From: Octopus vulgaris
Lineage: Eukaryota
Direction of reading: 5' to 3'
DNA: 64,000 nt
Assembly (NCBI GenBank): GCA_951406725.2
Contig: OX597840.1
Span: 6,572,001-6,636,000 of the forward strand
The notes under the pieces are model-generated. The model made no database searches. It was not told the DNA's origin and was given only the letters and a program-made list of their open reading frames with translations. Positions within the stretch are counted from its first letter, which is position 1, and every line of letters starts with the position of its first letter. Positions 41,160 through 53,915 of the stretch are shown here, one piece after another. A program made the position numbers and the translations under genes.

Positions 41160-42107
41160 TCAGGTTATCCCATAAGTTCTGTCCAATTTTGCCTTTTTAA
41201 AAATTGAATGAAATTTAATAGTGTTTTAGAATGTCTAATGGAATTAAAAATTATTTTTACGCATTTGTGTATATTTAAACTAATTAAATATTATGTTACA
41301 GAATAATAGAATTAAAATTTCTTTGATTAAAACCCTTTCTAACATAGAAGTATCCAAAGAGCATTTGAGGCACATAATGCTTTATGAGTACAAAAAAGGA
41401 AACCCTGCAGCCAAAGAGACTCAAAACATACACTTAGTTTAGGGGAAAGAATGCTTGAATGAAAGAACTTGCAGAAGATGGTTTGCAAAATTCAGAAGCG
41501 GAGATTTCAGCCTTGGAGATAAAGATCGAATAGGACGTCCAGTTGAGTTTGATGATAAGCTCCTTGAGGCATTACTTGAAGAAAATCTTGCATTATCAGT
41601 TGAAGAATTGGCAATAAAGCTTAGTTCAAGCCATACAACTGTTCATTGTCATCTCAACAACTTGGAAAGGTTCCTAAACTTGGAAAATGAGTGCTTTATG
41701 AATTGTCCAAAAGCAACTGCAAATTCTGAGTTGACATCTGCTCTTCTCTACATTCTCATGAACTCATTTCACCCTTTTTGGATAGACTTGTGACTGGTGA
41801 CGAAAAATGGATCTTCTATCAAAATGTTAAACATCATAAACAGTAGTTTGATAAAAGGGAAAATGCTTAACCACAACTGAGAAGGGAACTTCATGGGAAA
41901 AAGGTTCTTCTCTATATCTGGTGGGATTGCAAAGGTGTAATTCACTTTGAATTGTTACCACCTAATGCAACAATCAATGCTCAAGTCTTCTGTCAGCAAT
42001 TAGAGCGTTTGAACCAAGCTTTGAAGAAAAAAAGACCCGCTTTAGTGAATCGAAAAGAAGTGATGTTTCATCAGGACAATGCGCGACCCCACACTGCAAA
42101 GATCACA
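41160..42107 (+). mobile_element. Mariner transposase pseudogene, 3'-truncated
   Basis: EHLRHIMLYEYKKG...RRWFAKFRSGDFSL...GRP...VTGDEKWIFY...WWDCKGVIHFELLP...FHQDNARPHTA; stops and a frameshift. Confidence 0.93.
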
Positions 42108-42514
42108 TGTACGTTGTGGCTTGCTGTCAATAAATCAGCCTATGATTTATTGCTGAGCCGGCTCTGTTTGCTTTCCACACCACCATCTGACAACCGGTGA
42201 TTGTTTGTTTACATCCTCATAAAGCAGCAGTTCGACAAAAAGAGACCCAAGAGAACAAGGGCCAAACTCTGAAAATAAAAAAAGTATTAGGATCAATTTG
42301 TTCAATTAAACTCTCCAAGGCAGTGCCCCAGCATGGCCACAGTCCAATGGCTGGAACAAGTAAAAGATGGTGTGCCTGTGTGGTAAGAAGTTCGCTTCCC
42401 AACTATATAGTTCGGGGTTCAGTCCCACTGCATGGCACCTTGGGCAAGTGTCTTCTCCTTGGTCTTACCAAAGCCTTGTGATTGGATTTGGTAGACGGAA
42501 ACTGAAAGAAGCCC

Positions 42515-42618
<104 letters not shown>

Positions 42619-42879
42619 TGTGTGAGTGTGTGTGTGAGTGAGTGTGTGTGTGTGTGTGAGTGTGTGTGTGTGTGTGTGTGTGTCACCACCGCTTAACAGC
42701 CGGTGTTGGTGTGTTTACGTTCTCGTAACTTACCGGTTAGGCAATATAAAGTACTAGGCTTTAAAATATATATCCTGGGGTCGATCTGTTCGACTAAAAA
42801 CCCGTCAAGGCAGTGCCCCAGCTTGGCCTCAGTCCAAAGGCTGAAACTAGTAAAAGCTAAACGAATACCATTTAAGCTT

Positions 42880-43690
42880 ACTGTAGAATTCCATGGACAG
42901 CGAGGCCAACCAATGGAGAAGTTCTTAAGCAGATCAGGCCAAAAATGTCGCTAGAAGCTAGGATCACCAAGCATAGATTGGCATATTTCGGTCATATTAT
43001 GTGGAGAAAATCCCTGGAGAAGGACATCATGCTCGGAATGGTCAGTGGCAAGAGAGGAAGAGGCCGACCAATGGAGAAGTTCTTAAGCAGATCAGGCCGA
43101 AAATGTTGCTAGAAGCTAGGATCACCAAGCATAGATTGGCATATTTCGGTCATATTATGTGGAGAAAATCCCTGGAGAAGGACATCATGCTCAGAATGGT
43201 CAGTGGCAAGAGAGGAAGAGGCCGACCAATGGAGAAGTTCTTAAGCAGATCAGGCCGAAAATGTTGCTAGAAGCTAGGATCACCAAGCATAGATTGGCAT
43301 ATTTCGTCTATATTATGCAAAGAAAATCCCTGTAGAAGGATATCATGCTCGGAATGGTCAGTGGCAAGAGAGGAAGAGGCCGACCAATGGAGAAGGTCTT
43401 AAGCAGATCAGGCCGAAAATGTTGCTAGAAGCTAGGATCACCAAGCATAGATTGGCATATTTTGGTCATATTATGTGGAGAAAATCCCTGGAGAAGGACA
43501 TCATGCTCAGAATCGTCAGTGGCAAGAGAGGAAGAGGCCGACCAAGAACCCACTGGCTTGACACCATCAAGAGTGATACCGGAATGGACATGGCCAGTCT
43601 GAAGGAAGTGGCACAGGATAGAACTGACTGGAGAACACTGATTCAACGAGTAACCGGGAATCGACTTCGACTGAGCGGATAGATAGATAG
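42880..43690 (+). mobile_element. RTE (BovB-like) 3' end with four tandem 158-bp internal units
   Basis: IPWTAR..TNGEVL..RLAYFGHIMWRKSLEKDIML..GKRGRGRPRTHWLD..DRTDWR; (GATA) tail. Confidence 0.92.
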
Positions 43691-44103
43691 TAGAATGATG
43701 TTATGGTAAATAATAATCCCCTGCGTCAAACCCAAACACGGAACCAAATTACTTAGGTCTGATATTAAGTGTAAGAGGGGTGGGAAACATTGGAAAAATT
43801 TTTGCAAAAGAGAGAAAAAGGAGTGACAGCTATAAAATGTTGGCAAGCTCTGGATTAAATCTTGGCCTTGTGTTTTACTTCCTAAACTATTATGAGATGA
43901 GAGATGAGGTCAACCCTGGCAGGATTAGAACGCAGAACTTAATAAGGACAAAACCATTAACAGGCTAATATGGGAGGCTATTACAGAGGCATTCGATCTG
44001 TTAGGAACGGCAGCCGAACGTCTCTGAAATCATACCCTACTGTCTTTAAAACTGAGCATCTTGAAGAATGTGGTTTTATACACGTTGTGTTTAAAGAGAA
44101 AGG

Positions 44104-44366
44104 GGATCTTTTCGGTTTGAACGGCAGTTTTTCTAGTGGTGTCATGAAATTGTCACCCATAATTATGACCCTAGTATCGATCTATTGCATTTCAATCTGT
44201 TTTAGGGTTAGGGGTGGGGGAAAGGGTATCTTTTTTTCTTCAGAAATGTAAATAAACCCAATCTGTTTCTTAAACGAGGGACATATTCATACGGCACAGA
44301 ATGTTTTTTTACCTCAATAGACGTCACTGATTGCTTGAAATTGCAGAAATTGAAGAAAAAAACAAC
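44104..44366 (+). mobile_element. TTAGGG-containing MITE truncated by SINE A (44367-44785)
   Basis: ggatcttttcggtttgaacggcagttttt TIR, then sequence matching the 63555 copy. Confidence 0.88.
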
Positions 44367-44984
44367 AGGAGTGTCTGTGTGGTAAATAGCTTGTTTACCA
44401 ACCACATGGTTCCGGGTTCAGTCCCACTGCGTGGCACCTTGGGCAAGTGTCTTCTACTACAGCCTCGGGCCGACCAAAGCCTTGTGAGTGGATTTGGTAG
44501 ACGGAAACTGAAAGAAACCCGTCGTATATATGTATATATATGTGTGTGTGTGTGTGTGCGTGTATGTTTGTGTGTCTGTGTTTGTCCCCCTAGCATTGCT
44601 TCACAACCGATGCTGGTGTGTTTATGTCCCCGTCACTTAGCGGTTCGAGCAAAAGAGATCGATAGAATAAGTACTCGGCTTACAAAGAATAAGTCCCGGG
44701 GTCGAGTTGCTCGATTAAAGGCGGTGCTCCAGCATGGCCGCAGTCACATGGCTGATACAAGTAAAAGAGTAAAAGAGAGTAAAGAGAAGAGATAAAACGG
44801 TTAATGTTGGAAGATGATCTGGTCGCTGAAGGTTGACTCAGGGCTTGATTATGAAATTATCGATGTAGGACAAGTTTATATTTCCTGTTGCTATTGTTTA
44901 CTGAAAAACATTTGAATCGTAGAACGTGCAGCTTTGGTTTTGTGGTTACGCGAGACAAAAAAGTGCCCCGAGAAAAGTAGATAA

Positions 44985-45016
44985 GGAGAAGGAAATTAGG
45001 GAAAGAAGAAATATAA

Positions 45017-45055
<39 letters not shown>

Positions 45056-46840
45056 AGGAAAAGAAGAAATATAAAGGAGAGAGAGAGAGAGTATAGGGAC
45101 AATGAGTGATGAAAAGGAAAAGGGAATACAAGCTGTGTATTTATAGTGAGGGGTGAGAAGGTAAGAGGGAGAGAGAAGAGCGGAGAGAGAGAGAGGGGCA
45201 AAGAGAAAGTATAACGGAGGGGTGTAGATAAAAGAGGAAGAGGGAGTGTATGGGATAATGAGTGAGGAGTAAAAGGAATGAGGAAAAGGAAATACAAGCT
45301 GTGCATTTATAGTGAGGGGTGAGAAGGTAAGGGAGAGAGAAGAGCAGAGAGAGAGAGAGGAGGAAAGAGAAAGTATAACGGAGGGGTGTAGATAAAAGAG
45401 GAAGAGAGAGAGTATAGGGAATATGAGTGAGGAGTAAGAGGAGTGAGGTGAAGGAAAAGGAAATATAAGCTGTGTATTTATAGTGAGGGGTGAGAAGGTA
45501 AGGGAGAGAGAACAATAGAGAGAGAGGGGGAAAGAGAACGTACAACGGAGGGGTGTAAATATAAGAGGAAGAGAGAGGGGGAAAGAAAGAGTGAGGGTGA
45601 AAGGTAGAAAGGAAAGGCGAAAGTCGGGGAGGGAAATGGGAAAGAGTGGAAGATGAAGGAAGGGAAGATGGGAAGGGGAAATGTGAGAGAGACGGTATGG
45701 TTTGAGAGACGGGGAAGTAATGAGAAAGAGAAAGGTAGTGAAGGAAATGTGAAAGAGGAGAGTGAGGAGGAGGGAGACAGAAAAAATAGTGAAGGAAAGG
45801 GGGAAAATACGAGAGAGGAAATAATTATTTAATAGCGAGAGAGAGGGGGAGGAGGAGGCAGAACAAAGAAAAAGAAGGGTGAGAATGCAGAGAAAGTATT
45901 TAGTAGACAGACGGAGGGGAGGTGAAAACAAATAGAGAAAGGGAAAGAGACAATAGAGAGTGAAAAAAGATAGACTAGAAAAGGAAAGGAGGGTGAGAAA
46001 GCAGAGAAAGAAAGTATTGAGTAGAGAGAGGAATGGGGGAGGTAAAAACAAATAGAGAAAGAGAAAGAGACAATAGAGAGTGAAAAAAGATAGACTAGAA
46101 AACGAAACGGGGGGCTGAGAAAACAGGAACGTGAAAATATAGGTTAGGAGAGGGGGAAGAGGAGAAGATGAAAACAGAGTAAGGAAAGAGAGGGAGGTAA
46201 GAGAAAAAGTAGAATAGATAAAACAGAGAGAGGGGGATGTGAGAGAAAGAGTAGAATAGATAAAACAGAGAGAGAAGGAGGTGAGAGAAAAAGTAGAATA
46301 GAGAATATGAAAGATAAAGTAGAGAGAAAGAGAGGGAAAGAGAGATAAGGAAAATAGATAGCGTAGAGGAAGACAGAGAGAGAGAAGCGAGGGGAAAAGG
46401 AGGTAGATACAACAGAGAAGTGAAGGAGGAGGATGGAGAATGTTAAAGAGAGAAAGAATGATGATGTAACTGAGAGAGAGGGAGGTGAGAGAAAAAGTAG
46501 AACAGAGAAAGAGAGGTATATGAAAGATAAGGGAGAGAGGGAAAGAGAGGTAGATACAACAGAGAAGTGAAGGAGGAGGATGGAGAATATTAAAGAGAGA
46601 AAGAATGATGATGTAACTGAGAGAGAGGGAGGTGAGAGAAAAAGTAGAATGCAGAGAGAGAGGTATATGAAAGATAAAGTAGAGAGGAAGAGAGGGGAAA
46701 GAGCGATATGAAAAATAGATAGTGTAGAGGAAGACAGAGGGGGAGAAGCGAGGGAAAAGGAGGTAGATACAACAGAGAAGTGAAGGAGGGGGATGGAGAA
46801 TGTTAAAGAGAGAAAGAATGATGATGTAACTGAAATAGAA
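44985..46840. repeat. ~1.85-kb purine-rich tract with nested degenerate duplications
   Basis: aagctgtgtatttatagtgaggggtgagaaggtaa x3; aggtagatacaacagagaagtgaagg x3. Confidence 0.9.
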
Positions 46841-47159
46841 AGTAGTGGTTAGAGGAAGGGGCGGAAAAGTTTGTTTGATATCACTCCGCTGTATTTTGTT
46901 ATTCTGGGGAAAGTTGAAAGTTTTGAGGTTTTTTGTGTTGAAAGCAATTAACTACCTGGTATAGTTTTTGCCTGTTTTGATTATTATATAATTAATCATT
47001 TACTGATATTTCAGTATATTTTGAAAATAGAGTGTTGTAGGTTTAAAACCAAACCAGACAAAACAATTTTAACTTATTTATTATTTCTTAATTAGGATAT
47101 TAACAAAGAAACGAATACCTCTTAGTTTTGGATTTAAAGAAAAAAGTAATTAAAAAGTT

Positions 47160-47340
47160 ATGGAAGTGAAGAAGAAAGTTCACGGGATCCCTCGATGGCG
47201 ATTCGACTTTATATTGTTAATTACTGTTGTTTGTTGTTGGTCTTTGATGTTGTTTACAACACCAACAACAGCAAAAGAAACGAAATCAACAACCCCAGCG
47301 GTAACGACCCCAAAACCAACGTCGGAGCCACCTTCGAAAT
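47160..47340 (+). CDS. Putative first coding exon of a secreted or membrane protein (signal peptide + Thr/Pro-rich segment)
   Basis: Unique sequence: MEVKKKVHGIPRWRFDFILLITVVCCWSLMLFTTPTTAKETKSTTPAVTTPKPTSEPPSK; phase-1 donor T|gtaggt; possible acceptor ttcttaattag at 47095. Confidence 0.55.
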
Positions 47341-47681
47341 GTAGGTATTAAACACTCTTTGAACACTTCACCCATATTCTACACACACACACACACACAC
47401 GTGTGTGTGTGTGTCATACTTTAGACCCCACTTATAATCTATATATTGTTTATCTATGTCATCGATCTATCTATCTATCTGTCTGTCTGTCTCTATATCT
47501 GTTTACCTATCAATCTGTTTATCTATCGATCGATCGATCTATCTATCTGTCTCTATATCTGTTTACCTATCAATCTGTCCGTCTATCAGTCTGTTTATCT
47601 ATTGATCTATATATCTATCCATCTATTTGTGTATCTATCTATCTATCTATTTGTCTGTCTATCTATCTATCTATTTGTCTG

Positions 47682-47728
<47 letters not shown>

Positions 47729-47731
47729 GTG

Positions 47732-47765
<34 letters not shown>

Positions 47766-47782
47766 AGAATCTATCTATCTAC

Positions 47783-47813
<31 letters not shown>

Positions 47814-47889
47814 AGAATCTATCTATCTATCTGTCTGTCTGTCTCTATATCTGTTTGCCTATCAGTCTGTTTATCTATCGATCTATCTA

Positions 47890-47937
<48 letters not shown>

Positions 47938-48596
47938 CATCTGTCTGTCTTTCTATGTCTTTCACAAATTTTTTGACACAGAACTGGCAGCGAATTGGCC
48001 GAGTCGTTAGGGGCGTCAGATACACACTGCCTCGCGGTCTTTGTACTAGCTCTCTACGCTCTGAGTTCAAATCCTTCCGAAGCCGATTTTTGCCTTTCAT
48101 CCTTTCGGAACTAATTAAAAAAAAAGAAGAAAAAAGTCCTAATCAAAAGCATTAGATTGGCAAAACAATAAAACCATCGGACTAGATACGTTGCGGTACT
48201 AGTTTATTTGGTTATTTTTATGTTCCAAATTCAAATCCTGTTTATAGCCCACTTGGATGGTTGACATCACCCATCACCCAGTTTAACCGTATTACCTAAC
48301 AACTTGGACGCTTTTATTGGACTTCCGCTGTATTGCAAGTATTCAGGACAAGCCCCCTTCATTCAGAGTACTTCCCACAAGTCTTGAAAACCCTGCAGCT
48401 GTCGGGGGCCCCTATCTTCCCTCCTGGCTAAAAGATTTTAAAATGTCTAACCTACCCAGAAGTCTGTCTTCCTAGTAATAGTTCGAGCTTAGCTGTTAAG
48501 TCTGTCTACTTGCATATCTATCTATAATTAGCCATTTGTCTTTATAATTATTTGTCTATATACTTATCTACTGTGTTTATGTATCAGTTCTACTTG

Positions 48597-48628
<32 letters not shown>

Positions 48629-48964
48629 GCGCGTGCGAGTGTATATATGTGTGTTTATAATCTAAGCTTAAAATGTTTATATCACCTTTTGCTAATGTGT
48701 CTAGCTTTTTCTCCTTCTTGTAAGGCCCCCTTCAACGTATCTATAACGATCGATCTTGCTCACTTTTTCTGTTTATATATGTGTATGCATATTTCTGTAT
48801 CTAAGAATGTATTTATGTCTGTATCTAAGAACGTATATATGTATGTGTATTTATATGTACGTCTTATCAGTTCCCCCGCTTCGATTTTATTTCCACCCCC
48901 CTACAGCTTCATAATTTATATTTATATCTGTACCCTCTCACACCCGTTTTATTTCTTCATTTGG

Positions 48965-49350
48965 ATGGAAGTACTCCGTCGGTTACGACGATGAGGGTTC
49001 CGGTTGATCCGAATCAACGGAACAGCCTGCTCGGGAAATTAACGTGCATGTGGCTGAGCACTCCACAGACACGTGCACCCTTAACGTAGTTCTCGGGGAT
49101 ATTCAGCGTGACACAGAGAGTGACAAGGCCGGCCCTTTGAAATACAGGTACAACAGAAACAGGAAGTAAGAGTGAGAGAAAGTTGTGGTGAAAGAGTACA
49201 GCAGGGATTACTACCATCCCTGTCGGAGCCTCATGGAGCTTTAGGTGTTTTCGCTCAATAAATACTCACAACGCCCGGTCTGGGAATCGAAACCGCGATC
49301 CTATGACCGCGAGTCCGCTGCCCTAACGACTGAGCCATTGCGCCTCCACA
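48965..49350 (-). mobile_element. SINE B, full length
   Basis: Reverse complement of 53408-53783. Confidence 0.9.
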
Positions 49351-49614
49351 TTTCTTCATTTAGCTCTTATCACACGGTCTTCTTCCTCCACCCCACCTAA
49401 ATGCCTATCTTTGACCGACGCCAGATCAATTACTTATGGTTTAAATTGTTGCCATGTTTATTGTTAAAAGCGTCTCACCTCTTTCTAATAATCTTCCCAA
49501 TAAAACCAATTAAGAAAGTGTCAATACAGCAGTTCGATCAGCTTAAATTGGCAACAAAATTTTACACAGATCTGGAAAAGGACAGCTACATTAGATTATA
49601 TAATCCCCACATAT

Positions 49615-50165
49615 AGGCGTAGGAGTGGCTGTGTGGTAAGTAGCTTGCTTACCAACCACATGGTTCCGGGTTCAGTCCTACTGCATGGCACCTTGAGCAA
49701 GTGACTTCTACTATAGCCTCGGGCCGGCCAAAGCCTTGTGAGTGGGTTCGGTAGACGGAAACTGAAAGAAGCCCGTCATATATATGTATGTATAATATAG
49801 TTAATCCAAACATGAAAACACAAAGAAAACACAACGCGAGGACATGGAACAAGTATAGTTTTATTCGATGCTCAGGAAAGGAAAGAAAGAAGGAGGATTT
49901 AACGTTTCGAGCGGAGCTCTTCATCAGAAACATAGGTGTATATATAAATGTGTGTGTTTGTGTCTGTGTTTGTCCCCCAACATCGCTTGACAACCGATGC
50001 TGGTGTGTTTACGTCGATGTAACTTAGCGGCTCAGCAAAAGAGACCGATAGAATAAGTACTAGGCTTACAAAGAATAAGTCCTGGGGGGTCGATTTGCTC
50101 GACTAAAGGCGGTGCTCCAGCATGGCCACAGTCAAATGACTGAAACAGGTAAAAGAATAAAAGAG
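49615..50165 (+). mobile_element. SINE A with a Penelope-like hammerhead fragment (49790-49936, minus) inside its microsatellite
   Basis: SINE head and tail intact around the insert. Confidence 0.85.
49898..49931 (-). ncRNA. Minimal type I hammerhead motif
   Basis: UUU-CUGAUGA-A-GAGCuccGCUC-GAAA-CG-UU-AAA, with a palindromic AACGUU stem III. Confidence 0.55.
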
Positions 50166-50434
50166 TAATATAGTGTCTGAGAAGAAAAAGAGAAGAAAAA
50201 TGATTGAAGGACAAGGAGTGGAGTGCCTTTTATTATTGCTTTGCTCAATCAAGTCTGCCCTGGGAAAAAACCACAAAATATTAGTCAACAAGGAAGTGTC
50301 TGTAATCATTCTGTATGTTAGAAAAAGTAGCTGAATTTTTCTAAAATTATACATCTGTCCTTATTTATCACTGAGGTTTGGTTCCGTAACAAAAGGTAGT
50401 GATAAATGAATCATCTCGATGCATTTTGTAATCT

Positions 50435-50737
50435 GTGAAGGCACATGGCCTAGTGGTTAGAGCAGCGGACTCGCGGTCGAGGGATCGTGGGTTCAAATCT
50501 CAGACCGGGCGATGTGTGTGTTTATGAGCGAAACACCTAAGCTCCACGTGGGTCCGGCAGAAGGTAATGGCGAAACTTCTGCTGACTCTTTCGCCACAAC
50601 TTTCTCTCACTCTTTCCTCCTGCATCTTGCAGCTCACCTGCGACGGACCAGCGTCCCATCCAGGTGGGGAACCTATACGTCAAGGAAACTGGGAAACCGG
50701 CCCTTATGAGCCAGGCATGGCTCGAGAAGGAACAAAC
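50435..50737 (+). mobile_element. SINE B with V-domain-like tail
   Basis: Same structure as 38701-39000. Confidence 0.88.
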
Positions 50738-51142
50738 ATGCATTTTGTAATTGGCATGAATGGGGGAGTCATTGACACCAAATTCTCTGCTCACGGGGCA
50801 AAGATTCCACCATCACATATTTTCTTGATCGTCTCTCAAATATGAAGAAGGCGTCTTCATATTTGAATGAATGGTAGATTCATTGACACCAAGTTCTTGG
50901 CCCACAGCGGTGCAGCTTCCTCTTTTACTTGCTTAAGTCATTTGACTGCAGCCATGCTGGAGCACCGCCTTTAGTTGAGCAATTCGACCCCAGGACTTAT
51001 TCTTTGCAAATCTATTACTTATTCTATCGTTCGCTTTTGCCGATATCTCTAGTAATCTAAAATTGTGTATAAACTCTGTATTTGGAATGAACAATTTTAA
51101 ATGCTGTTGGATTTTTCTCATAAGGTATTGGAATCTTACATA

Positions 51143-51565
51143 TAGGCGCAGGAGTGGCTGTGTGGTAAGTAGTTTGTTTACCAACCACATGGTTCTGGGT
51201 TCAGTCCCACTGCGTGGCACCTTGGGCAAGTGTCTTCTACTATAGCCTCGGGCCGACCAAAGCCTTGTGAGTGGATTTGGTAGACGGAAACTGAAAGAAG
51301 CCCGTCGTATATATGTATATATATATATATATATGTGTGGGTGCGTGTATGTTTGTGTGTCTGTCTTTGTCCCCCTAGTATTGCTTGACAACCGATGCTG
51401 GTGTGTTTATGTCCCTGTTACTTAGCAGTTCAGCAAAAGAGACCAATAGAATAAGTACTGGGCTTACAAAGGAATAAGTTCCCGGGGTCAAGTTGCTTGA
51501 CTAAAGACGGTGCTCCAGCATGGCCGCAGTCAAATGACTGAAACAAGTAAAAGAGTAAAGAGTAA
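51143..51565 (+). mobile_element. SINE A, full length, flanked by inverted SINE A pieces
   Basis: Minus-strand pieces at ~50920-51045 and 51725-51982. Confidence 0.9.
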
Positions 51566-52743
51566 AGAGAGATATACCATTCTGCCTAAAAAATGGATCT
51601 ACAACTTCAATATCCCTACATATCTCACATCTATTTTCTTTCTTCCACCTCACTCTCTATTTTGTATCCCATCTAAATTAATTATTACTTAACCATCCTC
51701 TCACACCGTCTCCAATGAAGGGCAACCGCTAAGTAACAGGGACGTAAACACACCACCACCGGTTGTCAAGCAATGTTGGGGGGGACAAACACAGACACAA
51801 ACATATATATATTTATACATATATACGACAGGCTTCTTTCAGTTTCCGTCTACCAAATCCACTCACAAGGCTTTGGTCGGCCCGAGGCTATAATAGAAGA
51901 CACTTGCCCAAGGTGCCACACAGTGGGATTGAACACGGAACCATGTGATTCATAAGCAAGCTTCTTACCACACAGCCACTCCTTTTCTTGATCATCACCT
52001 TTTCCTGTAGAGAATCTACTCATTTCTTAGGGTCAGAAGCCTTCATAATTTTTTCTGTGCACTGGTCCCATGTCAATGTGTAACAAATATGTAAATCTGT
52101 ACAAAATCAATACTCAGCGGTGGTGCCCCAGCATGGCCGCAGCCTTTGGGCTAAAACTTTTTTAAGGATTTAAGGATTTAAGCCACAGACTCCTGTAAAC
52201 ACAAGCGATAGTTAATGCATTCTGGGTAGCTGAGCATTGTGGGTAGTTGGTTGCTGGGGTACGTTTTTGTAGCAGAATCTTTGATTGATTGCCAATTTGT
52301 GTTATCATAGATAAATCCGTGATAAGCGTAACATGGTTCACAATTGAAGGTATCATGTTATCCAGATCAGTGATGAATGAATCAGTGATAAACAAGTCTA
52401 CATGTACCTCTTTGGTTTAATAAAAAATGAACACATTGGACAATGCAGCTGTAGATGTTTGAAGAAATTAGGACTGGATTGTCATGGTTGGAATCTTTAA
52501 TCAAAGCTCTGTTCTTTATTACAGAAGATTCTTAAGGCGGCAAGCTGGCAGAATTGTTAGCACACTGGGTGAAATGCTTAGCGGTATTACGTCTGTTTCT
52601 GTGTTCTGAGTTCAAATTTCACCGAGGTCGACTTTGCCTTTCATCCTTTTGGGTTTCATAAATTAAGTACCAGTTTCAATAAGGAGGTTTCGTAAAAGTA
52701 AATATCCCAAAAATATATTTGGAATTACAGTACACTCTTGTAA

Positions 52744-53348
52744 CTGGTGTCAAAAACAATGTGGTATCACATTGTCAAAACAATGTGGTACAGAGACAAT
52801 TGTATCTGGTGTCAAAAACAATGTGGTACAGAGACAATTGTATCTGGTGTCAAAAACAATGTGGTACAGAGACAATTGTATCTGGTGTCAAAAACAATGT
52901 GGTACAGAGACAATTGTATCTGGTGTCAAAAACAATGTGGTACAACATTGTCAAAACAATGTGGTACAGAGACAATTGCATCTGGTGTCAAAAACAATGT
53001 GGTACAACATTGTCAAAACAATGTGGTTCAGAGACAATTGCATCTGGTGTCAAAAACAATGTGGTATCACATTGTCAAAACAATGTGGTACAGAGACAAT
53101 TGTATCTGGTGTCAAAAACAATGTGGTACAGAGACAATTGTATCTGGTGTCAAAAACAATGTGGTACAGAGACAATTGTATCTGGTGTCAAAAACAATGT
53201 GGTACAGAGACAATTGTATCTGGTGTCAAAAACAATGTGGTACAACATTGTCAAAACAATGTGGTTCAGAGACAATTGTATCTGGTGTCAAAAACAATGT
53301 GGTACCACATTGTCAAAACAATGGGGTACAGAAACAATTGTAGCTGGT
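52744..53348. repeat. Minisatellite of 38-bp and 24-bp units with a 300-bp higher-order period
   Basis: ctggtgtcaaaaacaatgtggtacagagacaattgtat; 52801-52940 is repeated at 53101-53240. Confidence 0.95.
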
Positions 53349-53407
53349 CATGAAAGATGTGCTAAACTCTTTCTTTGTCATCTTATTTGGATTATATTTT
53401 ACTTTTC

Positions 53408-53783
53408 GGCGCAATGGCCCAGTGGTTAGGGCAGCGAACTCGCGGTCGTAGGATCGCAATTTCGATTCCCAGACAGGGCGTTGTGAGTATTTATTGAGCG
53501 AAAACACCTAAAGCTCCACGAGGCTCCGGCAGAGATGGTGGTGATCCCTGCTGTACTCTTTCACTGCAACTTTCTCTCACTCTTACTTCCTGTTTCTGTT
53601 GTACCTGTATTTCAAAGGGCCAGCCTTGTCACTCTCTGTGTCACGCTGAATATCCTCGAGAACTACGTTAAGGGTACATGTGTCTGTGGAGTGCTCAGCC
53701 ACATGCACGTTAATTTCACGAACAGGCTGTTCCGTTGATCGGATCAACCGGAACCCTCGTCGTCGTAACCGACGGAGTGCTTC
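53408..53783 (+). mobile_element. SINE B, near full length
   Basis: tRNA-like head; tail ...gtcgtaaccgacggagtgcttc. Confidence 0.9.
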
Positions 53784-53915
53784 AAAAAACTTTTCACAAG
53801 ATCCACACACTGAATATACTGGTGTGATACCCGGATTTTCTACACCTGCAGAATTTATCATCATCATCATCATTTAATGCCTGTTTTCCATGCTGACATG
53901 GGTTGGACGGTTTGA

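Noticed and set aside
44996-46051. 351-aa Leu/Ser/Phe-rich membrane-like ORF
   Set aside because: Translation of the pyrimidine strand of the GA-rich tract.
50836-50866. 13-bp perfect hairpin tcaaatatgaaga/tcttcatatttga
   Set aside because: Too short for a pre-miRNA, single occurrence, no supporting context.
52744-53348. CRISPR-like periodicity
   Set aside because: No unique spacers, no cas genes, eukaryotic context.
53408-53480. tRNA gene
   Set aside because: The A/B-box head continues into a multi-copy SINE body; no clean cloverleaf.
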